From IMG/VR virus record IMGVR_UViG_3300031772_000018: a DNA stretch of 64,000 bases; one strand, written 5' to 3'. The stretch is from an uncultured virus (IMG/VR IMGVR_UViG_3300031772_000018). Its lineage: Duplodnaviria > Heunggongvirae > Uroviricota > Caudoviricetes. A program made the translations under genes and the position numbers. Of this stretch, positions 36,950 to 46,477 are shown piece after piece; the stretch's first letter is position 1; each line of letters starts with the position of its first letter. The notes beneath the pieces were generated by a model. The model was not told the origin of the DNA and did no database searches. It was given only the letters and a program-made list of their open reading frames with translations.

Positions 36950-36997
36950 TAATATATTCTTGTAATTATTTAATTAAAATTCATCTATTTATATGGT

Positions 36998-37423
36998 ATG
37001 AATATAGATAATTTTCGAAAAATCATCAGAGAAGAAGTATCTGCAGAATTAAAAAAAGTTATACCTGTAATATTAAATGAATATTTCAAGGGTGAAGACA
37101 AAAGAACCCTATCCTTTAATACTAAAAATTTGGGACACCTTTTGTCAGAAAATGATGAAGATAGTATAACTAATGTAGAATCTGAACCGAAGAAAGAGGT
37201 TAAAAAGCCATTGCGAATGTATTCTAAGAATCCTGTTTTAAATCAAATATTAAATGAAACCACGGTTAAAATTCCTACGGATTCTATGGTTGCGATGGAT
37301 GGAGAAGTTGAAGTTAATAAATCTGGTATAAATATAGAGAAAACCTTACCTTCTGTTTTTAATAAAGATTATTCACAATTATTGAAAGTTGTTGATGAAA
37401 AGGTTAAGAGTAGACGTGGATAA
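36998..37423 (+). CDS. hypothetical virion-associated protein
   Basis: RKIIREEV and NQILNET motifs; late motif upstream. Confidence 0.7.
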   Translation: MNIDNFRKIIREEVSAELKKVIPVILNEYFKGEDKRTLSFNTKNLGHLLSENDEDSITNVESEPKKEVKKPLRMYSKNPVLNQILNETTVKIPTDSMVAMDGEVEVNKSGINIEKTLPSVFNKDYSQLLKVVDEKVKSRRG

Positions 37424-37426
37424 TAT

Positions 37427-37852
37427 ATGACCATTAATACAAACACATCTGCTTCATTCAATCCGATTGGATTATTAATACCATTTACAAATGGAAGTAA
37501 TGGTTATTTTGCTCAATCATTTGATACAAACACTCAGGTAAAGCAAAATCTTGTTAATTTTTTGAATACGCGGCGTGGTGAGAGAAGAATGATGCCAGAA
37601 TTTGGCACAAAACTTTATGAGGTTTTGTTTGAACAAATAGATACTAACACATTAGAAATTGTTAAAAATATTGTCGCGGCGGAGTTACAACAATGGATTC
37701 CTCAAATTACTGTTCAAAATATATCTGTTAATAACAAGCAAAACACAGGTACCAATGATAATTATAAAATGGGGATATCTGTCGATTATATTGTAAATCA
37801 GACAAAAACACAGGATAACATAGCATTCGATATACAAAATGTTAATATATAA
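37427..37852 (+). CDS. baseplate wedge protein, gp25/GPW-like
   Basis: KQNLVNFLNTRRGERRMMPEFGT...LFEQ...WIP. Confidence 0.92.
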   Translation: MTINTNTSASFNPIGLLIPFTNGSNGYFAQSFDTNTQVKQNLVNFLNTRRGERRMMPEFGTKLYEVLFEQIDTNTLEIVKNIVAAELQQWIPQITVQNISVNNKQNTGTNDNYKMGISVDYIVNQTKTQDNIAFDIQNVNI

Positions 37853-37855
37853 TTT

Positions 37856-39826
37856 ATGTCAACAACATTAAACAAAACATTTATACCTCAGCAAAAAATA
37901 ATAAAGTATTTGGGCAAAGATTTTGACCAATTTAAATCCAATCTTATAGATTTTGCTAAAAATTATTATTCAAAGACATATAAAGATTTCAATGATTCAT
38001 CGCCGGGTATGATGTATATTGATATGGCTTCATATGTTGGGGATGTCTTATCTTTCTATATAGATTATCAATTTAAAGAGGGAATGATTAATTATGCAGA
38101 GGAAAGAAAGAATGTAATTCAATTGGCTAGATATCTTGGATATATACCTAAACCATCTAAACCATCTACAGGAATATTGGATGTATATCAAATTGTTCCT
38201 GCAAAAAGAAACACAGATGGAACATTTGAACCAGATACATATTATGCTTTAAAAATAGCCTCACAAATGCAAGTGTTATCACAAAATGGCGTGTCATTTA
38301 TAGCAAAAGAAGCGGTGGATTTTTTTGTTAATACTGATGCAAGTCCCCGAGTTGATGAGATATATTCAAAGAATGACAATGATGAACCCGAATTTTATTT
38401 GTTAAAGAAGTCTGTGCAGATTTATTCTGGAAAAATTGTAACGCAAACTTTTAATGTTTCTTCACAAACCGGAGATTTAAAATTACAATTAAATGGTGAT
38501 AATATATTGCAAGTGTTGGATGTAAGAGATTCTGATAGTAATGTGTGGTATCGTGTTGATTACTTGGCCCAAGATTTAATTGAGATTCCTGTTGAAAATA
38601 ATCAGATAAATTTCGAAGCGTATTCAAAATATAATTCTACTGTACCAGCGATTATACAATTTTTAAGAACCAATCGAAGATTTGCGATGACCGTGGATGA
38701 AAATAATAATACATTTTTACAATTTGGAAGTTCACTTGATACAGTAGATGAAGAAGTGGTTACACCAAGTTCAAAAATGATTGGCGTTGGATTTTCAACC
38801 ATAAATAAATATAATTTTACTTTAGATCCTACGACATTTGTAAAATCGTCTGCATATGGAATCTCACCAATTAATACTACACTGACTGTAACATATGTAG
38901 TTGGTGGTGGAATAGCTTCTAATGCAAATGTAGATAGTGTTACTACTGTATCTTCGATTAGCATTGAAACACTACAAAATTATCTTCCATCGGAGATTTC
39001 TCTTATTAATGTAATAAAAAGCAGTATTCGGGTAACTAATTCCACGCCTTGCGTTGGTGGTGAAGGACAAGAATCTGTATATAAAATCAAACAAAATGCC
39101 TTGGCTAATTTTGCGACACAAAATAGAGTGGTAACAAAAGAAGATTATATGTCGGCGGTATATGGGATGCCTTCTGCATATGGTTCAATTGCTAAAGTTT
39201 ATGTTTCTTCGGAGACTAATTTATATACAAACAATACCACTTTCATAAAAGGTTTATTGGATGAAAATAATAATTTTGTGGTAGATGAAAGTGAAAAGAA
39301 TTTTAGAAAAACAAATTTGGAAGGAACAAATCCATTGGGCGTAAATTTATATGTTTTAGCATATGATGATTCTAAAAATTTAACTACAATTAATGATGCT
39401 TTGGCTTATAATTTAAGAACATATTTAGGAAAATTTAGAATTTTATCAGACCGAATTAATATTATTGATGCGTATGTGATTAATATTGGGGTAAGCTTTA
39501 AAATTGTTGTATATTCAAATTATAATAAGAAAGAAGTTTTAACGAATTGTATATCTTCTATACAGGATTTCTTTAATATTGACAGTTGGCAGATTGGCCA
39601 ACCAATCAATGTAAGTCAGTTGGAACTTGAAATTGCAAAAAATACAGGAGTGCAATCCATTGCAAGTTTGACTATAAACAATTTGACGATTGACAATGGA
39701 GATTATTCTATATTTGAATATGATATAAATGCGGCAACGCAAAATAAGATTATTTATCCGCCAATTGATCCCGCTATATTTGAAATAAAGAATTTTTCAA
39801 GTGATATAAAAGGTAGTGCTATCTAA
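37856..39826 (+). CDS. baseplate wedge subunit, T4 gp6-like
   Basis: DFDQFK..L, DFNDSSPG, LQFG, GGEGQES, QNRVVTKEDY motifs. Confidence 0.9.
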   Translation: MSTTLNKTFIPQQKIIKYLGKDFDQFKSNLIDFAKNYYSKTYKDFNDSSPGMMYIDMASYVGDVLSFYIDYQFKEGMINYAEERKNVIQLARYLGYIPKPSKPSTGILDVYQIVPAKRNTDGTFEPDTYYALKIASQMQVLSQNGVSFIAKEAVDFFVNTDASPRVDEIYSKNDNDEPEFYLLKKSVQIYSGKIVTQTFNVSSQTGDLKLQLNGDNILQVLDVRDSDSNVWYRVDYLAQDLIEIPVENNQINFEAYSKYNSTVPAIIQFLRTNRRFAMTVDENNNTFLQFGSSLDTVDEEVVTPSSKMIGVGFSTINKYNFTLDPTTFVKSSAYGISPINTTLTVTYVVGGGIASNANVDSVTTVSSISIETLQNYLPSEISLINVIKSSIRVTNSTPCVGGEGQESVYKIKQNALANFATQNRVVTKEDYMSAVYGMPSAYGSIAKVYVSSETNLYTNNTTFIKGLLDENNNFVVDESEKNFRKTNLEGTNPLGVNLYVLAYDDSKNLTTINDALAYNLRTYLGKFRILSDRINIIDAYVINIGVSFKIVVYSNYNKKEVLTNCISSIQDFFNIDSWQIGQPINVSQLELEIAKNTGVQSIASLTINNLTIDNGDYSIFEYDINAATQNKIIYPPIDPAIFEIKNFSSDIKGSAI

Positions 39827-39829
39827 AAA

Positions 39830-40156
39830 ATGCATAAAAAAATATGTCCAGAAAAAGATTCCTATATAGAAAAATCTTCCGAATATTATCTAAAAAACTT
39901 CGGAAGAGATGAATTGCTTGCGGTGTCTGCTCCAGAATTTATTACATCAAGATATGTTTCTTTTGTAAATTGGCAAAACATAGACGACATATATTATAAT
40001 CTTCATGTAGAATTATTTACTGGAACAATCACCGGCTCAGCCGTTGGAACGGGAAGTAACATAGTTGGTGTTGTCAATTCATGCGACGGAATGGTAATAG
40101 TAGATCCGCCATATGTTCCCAGTGCATCTTTGTTTGTTTATTTGTTAAACCCTTAA
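39830..40156 (+). CDS. structural protein with DNRLRE-like N-terminal segment
   Basis: PEKDSYI...NFGRDELLAV. Confidence 0.6.
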   Translation: MHKKICPEKDSYIEKSSEYYLKNFGRDELLAVSAPEFITSRYVSFVNWQNIDDIYYNLHVELFTGTITGSAVGTGSNIVGVVNSCDGMVIVDPPYVPSASLFVYLLNP

Positions 40157-40161
40157 TTATT

Positions 40162-40698
40162 ATGCATCATTTTATATATCCAAATTCAGATACATATATA
40201 ACAAACGCTCCAGAATTTGTATTAACAAATTTGGGTGGTGATGAGTCTCTTGTTGTTGGGACAAAAACAAGATATGTGCAAACGCATGCATCATCGGCAC
40301 ATATAAATATAGTTGGGGCATATGCACTACTAAATTTTAATGGCATTATAGATGGATTTTTGTGTGGTGATGCCGATTATATTTCTGGTTCAATATATCA
40401 ATGCGACTTTTGCTATTTTATGGTTTTTACTGATACTATAACGGATGCATCAAGTTCAGTTTATTACACCGCATCAATAACTGCTAGTTATGGTGCTGTT
40501 CCCTACACTTATTCAATAATAAGTGGTTCATTACCTTCTGGATTAATATTAGATAATTATACTGGATCTATAAGTGGTGTTCCAACAGGTTCAGGATTAT
40601 ATTCATTCATCATAAATGTAAAAGATGCTAATTTATGTTTTAGTTCAATGATATATACTATTTATGTAGAACCAGAAACCCCTTGGATATTAATATAA
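40162..40698 (+). CDS. structural protein: DNRLRE-like N-terminal segment plus putative Ig (He_PIG) domain
   Basis: MHHFIYPNSDTYI...NLGGDESLVVG; PYTYSIISGSLPSGL..D..TGSISGVPT. Confidence 0.7.
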   Translation: MHHFIYPNSDTYITNAPEFVLTNLGGDESLVVGTKTRYVQTHASSAHINIVGAYALLNFNGIIDGFLCGDADYISGSIYQCDFCYFMVFTDTITDASSSVYYTASITASYGAVPYTYSIISGSLPSGLILDNYTGSISGVPTGSGLYSFIINVKDANLCFSSMIYTIYVEPETPWILI

Positions 40699-40699
40699 T

Positions 40700-41119
40700 A
40701 TGGCACAACCAATTTCATCTTCATTTCCTGACCAAATTGCCGTGGCTGTTGTTGATTTAAACAGCACCGGTTCGATTACTAGTGATATATTTGAATTTAG
40801 AGAATCTGTGATAAGAGCACTGGGAGCATATGGATTCTTTTCTGTTTTTAATACTTTTGTTCCGCCAAGCAATCCTTCCGCGTGGGATATATGGATTTCT
40901 CCTGGTTATCTTCATCAAGGAAGTATTGTATCCGCAAACATAAGAACATGGGATGGATCATCTTGGATTGATATTAATCCTGCTGTATTTTCCGCAATGA
41001 TAGCCCGTCGAGGATTAATCTCTCCATATAATGCTAATACAAAAATTGAATTTACTACACCAGGCGGAATCGCTATATATGTCAATGGCAATATCATTTT
41101 ACAATATGAACCATATTAA
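40700..41119 (+). CDS. hypothetical virion protein
   Basis: PPSNPSAWDIW...WDGSSW tail-fibre-like motif. Confidence 0.65.
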   Translation: MAQPISSSFPDQIAVAVVDLNSTGSITSDIFEFRESVIRALGAYGFFSVFNTFVPPSNPSAWDIWISPGYLHQGSIVSANIRTWDGSSWIDINPAVFSAMIARRGLISPYNANTKIEFTTPGGIAIYVNGNIILQYEPY

Positions 41120-41133
41120 CTATAGGAATTTTT

Positions 41134-44100
41134 ATGAAATCAATTAACTTATTCGTTTTATCATTTCTTTTATTTTGTACATCTGTGTATTGTCAAACTT
41201 TACAGACCGATGTAATAAAAGATTATTCTGGTTCTCATACACCACGATTAAATATAAAAACGCAGTCAGCGTATAATTCAACGGTGTGGACGGGATTTAA
41301 TGCAGATTTACTTGATGGTTTGAATTCAACAGATTTTTTAAGAGATAATAGTTTTCGAATTATCCAAGGTAATACAACCAATTATATCATAAATAATGGA
41401 AGTGTAACTATTACTGGTGGCGGTGGATCTGTAAACACATTAGACGTTACAGGCTCATCTGGTTTAAGTGTATCAAACAATGGTTCGGTAATATATCTAT
41501 ATGGTGTCCCAACCACTGCTGTCTTGGCGAGCAATGCGATAAACGCCGCGCACAGCACAAACAGCGATTGGGCAACCACCGCTGTCTTGGCGAGCAATGC
41601 GATAAACGCCGCGCACAGCACAAACAGCGATTGGGCAACCACCGCTGTCTTGGCGAGCAATGCGATAAACGCCGCGCACAGTACAAACAGCGATTGGGCA
41701 ACCACCGCTGTCTTGTCGAGCAATGCGCTGGGACTTACTGCCTTAGACGGGACTATTACAAACCTATCGGATATTCCATTTGTTATACCGTACGCGGCGA
41801 TGGTTGGATTGTCTAACCGTTACTACAACGCAACAAATACGGCCTTTGTCTCCGCTTCTGGTGTTGATGGTACGGCTGTGCTTGGCGACCCCGCGCTGCC
41901 GTCGGCGACGTTTACTAACGCTTACAATTTGTTGCCCGCTTGGGGCGGGTGCATTTGGTGGTTAGGGTCTAATTATACTGACAATGCCACTCCTAATAAT
42001 TTCCTCATCAACAAGAATACGGCGGTTGTTCAAGGCAACAACATTCTAGGTCAGGCTGGTTTATATTGGATTACTGTCAATTCTAACCTGTCGTGGTGGG
42101 GCGGTCAGGTTGACCTATTTTTCAGTACGCAAAATGCTACCGAGTCAGATTTTCATTACTTACGGATTGGGCGGTATCCTTCCACTTTGAACATAGATGC
42201 TATTTTAGGGACGGGTAATGTATGGCTCGACCACTGTTTTCTTTCTTCTGCGTGGGATGATGTAAACTGTAGCAGTCCAGCGGGGACTTTGACTCTGCAC
42301 GCCAATGATTGTGTATTCTTTGCAAAAGCAAAAGCGGGTAACGACGCGCGCTGCATCTCCTTCCAACCCACTATCACCGGCCCCTCAGGGTCATATTACT
42401 ATATCAAGGATTCGTTATTGGTAGCTTGCGGAGCGGCGGGGGTCTATCAAAATCTCTGCGTTTCTTGGCGGCCCTATACTGGTTACGGAACACTCGTCCT
42501 TGACAATGTTCAAATGATAACTGGCTATACTAATAGTTGGCAAATCTTTGTAAGCCCCACCAGTGATAACGCTGCGTTTGATGCTGCCAGAGTTCGCTTG
42601 AAGAATATGCCCGTACCACCACTCAACCAAATCTTTACCAATCGGGCAGGTCAGGTCGCTGCCTTGGGTAGTCTTGGCTCCCTGAATATGAGTGGGGCAT
42701 CGGGGTTTAGCGCGTCTAATTCAGCGGACGGTCTTACTGCCTTTGTTTATATTAACGGGCAAGTGCTCACCAATTTAGACGTTACAGGCTCGCCTGGTTT
42801 AAGTGTATCAAATAACGGTTCGGTGATATATCTATATGGTATTCCACCAACTGTCTGGGAGGATTCAACTGGTTATCAAAGTACTTCTACAGTAGTAGTT
42901 GCTGATTATACGGCTTCATCTGGAGGAATCATCATAACAAATATCGGTGGAATCACTTATTTCCTAATGCCAACCAACGGGTTTGCCGGCGGAGGTATTA
43001 CCAACCTTGATGTCACTGGTGCTTCGGGGCTGTCCAAGAGCAATAACAATAACATCGGCTATATCTATGGCATCCCGTCAATGGTGTGGCAAGACGGAAC
43101 AGGGTTCGCCTCCACGTCGTCAACGGTGGTTGTGACCTACACCAATACAAGTGGTAGCGTTATCATTACTAACATTGGTGGGTACACCCACTTTATCATG
43201 CCAACCAACGGGTTTGGCGGCGGCGGCGCCGGCGTTGACCTGACAGCCAACCAGACGTGGACAGGTACGAATGTCTTTACGCAACCAATCAGTGCGCCGC
43301 CATCCAGCAGCAACTACGTCTCCATTTCCGTAGAAGCGGACTGTTTTAGTGGCCCCCTGTATTCCAACAGCGTTGTGAACAGTCAGGTACTCTGGACGAA
43401 TGGGGTTTGGGAGATGAAGTGGTCGGGCAGCTTGTGGAGTCTCAACGCGAGCGGGGCCACGAACTACACGAGCACGAATGCTTCCATCTTCGTCATTGCC
43501 GACTGGCAAAACGATGGCGACAACTGCACGGACGTCCTCTACGGTATTGACCCGCTGCCGGTTCTTGACGGGACTGCCGACCTGAAATTGCGCGGAGGTG
43601 AGATAGTCTACGGTGGCGGGGCGACCGGGGCAGTTACCACGGCTGGTAATCTGACCGTGGGCGGGGTGTTGAATGCGGCCACCCTAACCGGCAACGGCAG
43701 CGGCCTGACGAATGTTGGCCTGACCACGGCGAAAGTCTCGCTGTCCCTACCGTCTCACATGACGGATGTGAACGGGACATACTCTGTCGCTAACCCTGAC
43801 GCATGGGAAAATGGGAGTTGGCCGAATGTGAACGCATTTGGCCTCACCCAGTATCCGGAGCGAGACGCCATTTTGGCAATCGAACCAAACTGGGCTACTT
43901 CCCCTGCTTATAGCTGCACGAATAATAACAACATCCTGTGGTTCTTCCCGTTGGGAGAGAGGCCCGTCGCAGCTAACACCGTCCGCGTGACGATTGGGTG
44001 GAGACTTGGCACTGGGCAAAACAACACAAACCACTCGTGGCGAGTCACTTACTACCTTCGCGCTTGGAACGCATCTGGCACAATAACATCGGGTGGGACA

Positions 44101-44295
44101 GTAACAACGGTTCATTCGCTGACCTCGACCGTGTCTGTTACGACCATGAATTTTACTGCGCTTTCCGGCGTTGGCAACACCGTGCTGGTGTTGCAACCCG
44201 CAATGAATGTAGACCCCTACAACACGAATAGTAATTTTGTGACCCTGCGCAACTTACAACTCACTAAGCCGTTCACGGCGGAATGGAGGCCGTGA
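41134..44295 (+). CDS. large secreted or fibre-like mosaic protein
   Basis: Signal peptide; NADLLDGL and GNGSGLTN fibre motifs; internal repeats; GC-richer segments. Confidence 0.75.
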   Translation: MKSINLFVLSFLLFCTSVYCQTLQTDVIKDYSGSHTPRLNIKTQSAYNSTVWTGFNADLLDGLNSTDFLRDNSFRIIQGNTTNYIINNGSVTITGGGGSVNTLDVTGSSGLSVSNNGSVIYLYGVPTTAVLASNAINAAHSTNSDWATTAVLASNAINAAHSTNSDWATTAVLASNAINAAHSTNSDWATTAVLSSNALGLTALDGTITNLSDIPFVIPYAAMVGLSNRYYNATNTAFVSASGVDGTAVLGDPALPSATFTNAYNLLPAWGGCIWWLGSNYTDNATPNNFLINKNTAVVQGNNILGQAGLYWITVNSNLSWWGGQVDLFFSTQNATESDFHYLRIGRYPSTLNIDAILGTGNVWLDHCFLSSAWDDVNCSSPAGTLTLHANDCVFFAKAKAGNDARCISFQPTITGPSGSYYYIKDSLLVACGAAGVYQNLCVSWRPYTGYGTLVLDNVQMITGYTNSWQIFVSPTSDNAAFDAARVRLKNMPVPPLNQIFTNRAGQVAALGSLGSLNMSGASGFSASNSADGLTAFVYINGQVLTNLDVTGSPGLSVSNNGSVIYLYGIPPTVWEDSTGYQSTSTVVVADYTASSGGIIITNIGGITYFLMPTNGFAGGGITNLDVTGASGLSKSNNNNIGYIYGIPSMVWQDGTGFASTSSTVVVTYTNTSGSVIITNIGGYTHFIMPTNGFGGGGAGVDLTANQTWTGTNVFTQPISAPPSSSNYVSISVEADCFSGPLYSNSVVNSQVLWTNGVWEMKWSGSLWSLNASGATNYTSTNASIFVIADWQNDGDNCTDVLYGIDPLPVLDGTADLKLRGGEIVYGGGATGAVTTAGNLTVGGVLNAATLTGNGSGLTNVGLTTAKVSLSLPSHMTDVNGTYSVANPDAWENGSWPNVNAFGLTQYPERDAILAIEPNWATSPAYSCTNNNNILWFFPLGERPVAANTVRVTIGWRLGTGQNNTNHSWRVTYYLRAWNASGTITSGGTVTTVHSLTSTVSVTTMNFTALSGVGNTVLVLQPAMNVDPYNTNSNFVTLRNLQLTKPFTAEWRP
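41512..41727 (+). repeat. 63-bp tandem repeat, 3 full copies plus a partial
   Basis: Encodes TTAVLASNAINAAHSTNSDWA; copies near-identical. Confidence 0.95.
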
Positions 44296-46421
44296 TGAAT
44301 AACCGCATTCTTAGAATTATTCTGGTACTGCTTCTACTGGCAATTATGCCAAGAGCCGTAGCCACCGTGTATACGGTTGTGACTAATACTGGTACCTTTG
44401 CCGTCTCAGTGACAATTGATACAACTGAAACCGATTTCCCAATCAGCCTTCTGATTTTTGGAAGCACGGATACAAACATCTATAGTGACTTGGGAATTGC
44501 CCGCTTCAGTATATGGACAACGAATGGGCAAGCGAATATACCATTCTACGGTCGGACGATGTGGAATGCTCAAACTAATCTGGTGACTTCTGTAACTACC
44601 AACAAAGCCTACTGGAACGAGAATCGCCTGTATGCGACGGGAATCAGTTGGACAGACGGTTACAACCCAACCAACTGGGTCAAGGCCGCGGTGGACGCTG
44701 TTTCCAAGAAGACACCAATTTGCTGGCAGACTTCTCTTGTTCATACGGGAGCACCCCGCATCATTTATGCACAACCAGGAATGTACAAACAGGGAGCCAT
44801 TGTTTCCCTCTCAAGTTCTGACAACTCCGCTTTGAGTGTCTATACAACTGTTACTGGGAAATGTGTTACAGTTGCCAGTAGTTTGGCATCACCAGCAGCG
44901 TTGACGAACCTGCCTGTTGGACTTTACTTCGTGGAGAATTCCAACGACCGCATGGAGTTTTTGGTACAACCAGCCGACTACTCCCCAGCAACTTGGTTTG
45001 GATTGGAAGGACCATTCGGGTCACAAAACAACGGACTACTGACAACTACGTGGACAAACATGAACCCACATTTCGTCCGAGGATTGGGTAGTTTCCCGTG
45101 GTCGATGCTCCAAACCAATGGCACACCGTCAGGAGAAGACACCACCACATGGGCTTGGGGATTTCCAGAGTGGTATCCGTATCCGTCTGGTTCGGTCGAG
45201 CGCGTTAATTGGCCAGCCAACGGCATCACAAATGCCGGCTCGACCAGAGTGCTCATTATCCACTTGGAACAAGCACCGGTATACTACCAAACTAATTCTC
45301 TAGCAATTTTCATGGCAGGGTGGACGAACTACGTCGGGGCAATTATGAACCACTTTAAGCCGTTGGCCGACGAAGGAAGGTTGTGGCTTGAGGTGTTGAA
45401 CGAGCCCTTTTACGGCCACCAACCATCGGCGATGCCGTTTAACTGGAATGGTTGCGCCGACATGGATTGGAACAATCCACCATGCCATCAGGCTTTTACC
45501 AACTGGATGCAACTCATGACTGACTTGGTAAAAACAACAACGGCGGTGAAGGTCGCAATCGGCAGCAAGGCCAAAATCTATGGGATATCAACGAGCAATC
45601 CAAACTACGGGGATGTGTTCAAGTATATGGCCGACCACGGCGCGACCAATGGCCCAGACTGGATGGGATTTTCAATCCACGACGGCGGCGGGCTCAACTT
45701 TGAGGATTTTACGGTATTGCCCGGTGGTGGAGTGTCATACGACTCCATAACAGCCCTACAAGATGCGATAGGCACCACTACGCCTATTCTTGTTGATGAA
45801 ACTGAGTACCTCATCCGGTCGGCTCTTCTTGACACACCGTACGCCAAGGGTTTCATTCGTTGGGGACCAGGAGGCGATTACAATTCATCGGGGGTGGATT
45901 GGTACGATGGTTCACAACATCTGGCTAAACGAGGTCTTCTCTGGCTGGCCCACAACGCGCAGATGTGGATTCACCATGTGATATACGCCTACCCTGATGA
46001 CGACGGCATTGGTCGGTATGGCGGCCTTGAAGGTACAATTCTTCAGATTTACGGGTGGGAACGCGGACGTGGTCCAAAACCAGGACTAGCAAACACTTTG
46101 CAATTGGCGCATCTGACCAAGGGACTCATACCTGTTAGTAACGTAGTTACTAATGACCAAGTTATCCTTACGTTTGATGTTGGTCATCCATCTCCGGGAG
46201 TAACAGTTCGGCGCGTGTTTACTTGGATGGCCACAAGCAAAACGAAAACGGTAAATCTGCCGTGGTTGCGTGACCTTTATGGGAATTCAATCTCCCCGAC
46301 GTTTTTGACTGACTCTGTAGGATGGTACGAAGTGACCAATGCATTTGCTAGAGGCGGGCTCATCGGTAAACTGCCAACTGTTCGTGTCAATCCTCTAACA
46401 GCAGCCAATCCTTCATGGTGA
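44295..46421 (+). CDS. secreted clan GH-A-like glycoside hydrolase
   Basis: Signal peptide; EVLNEP (acid/base), FSIHDG, LVDETE (nucleophile region); paralog of next gene. Confidence 0.65.
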   Translation: MNNRILRIILVLLLLAIMPRAVATVYTVVTNTGTFAVSVTIDTTETDFPISLLIFGSTDTNIYSDLGIARFSIWTTNGQANIPFYGRTMWNAQTNLVTSVTTNKAYWNENRLYATGISWTDGYNPTNWVKAAVDAVSKKTPICWQTSLVHTGAPRIIYAQPGMYKQGAIVSLSSSDNSALSVYTTVTGKCVTVASSLASPAALTNLPVGLYFVENSNDRMEFLVQPADYSPATWFGLEGPFGSQNNGLLTTTWTNMNPHFVRGLGSFPWSMLQTNGTPSGEDTTTWAWGFPEWYPYPSGSVERVNWPANGITNAGSTRVLIIHLEQAPVYYQTNSLAIFMAGWTNYVGAIMNHFKPLADEGRLWLEVLNEPFYGHQPSAMPFNWNGCADMDWNNPPCHQAFTNWMQLMTDLVKTTTAVKVAIGSKAKIYGISTSNPNYGDVFKYMADHGATNGPDWMGFSIHDGGGLNFEDFTVLPGGGVSYDSITALQDAIGTTTPILVDETEYLIRSALLDTPYAKGFIRWGPGGDYNSSGVDWYDGSQHLAKRGLLWLAHNAQMWIHHVIYAYPDDDGIGRYGGLEGTILQIYGWERGRGPKPGLANTLQLAHLTKGLIPVSNVVTNDQVILTFDVGHPSPGVTVRRVFTWMATSKTKTVNLPWLRDLYGNSISPTFLTDSVGWYEVTNAFARGGLIGKLPTVRVNPLTAANPSW

Positions 46422-46477
46422 TTATTATGAACACGTCACAGCTCCATCTAATCCATAATAGTTGAGATAATTTTTAT

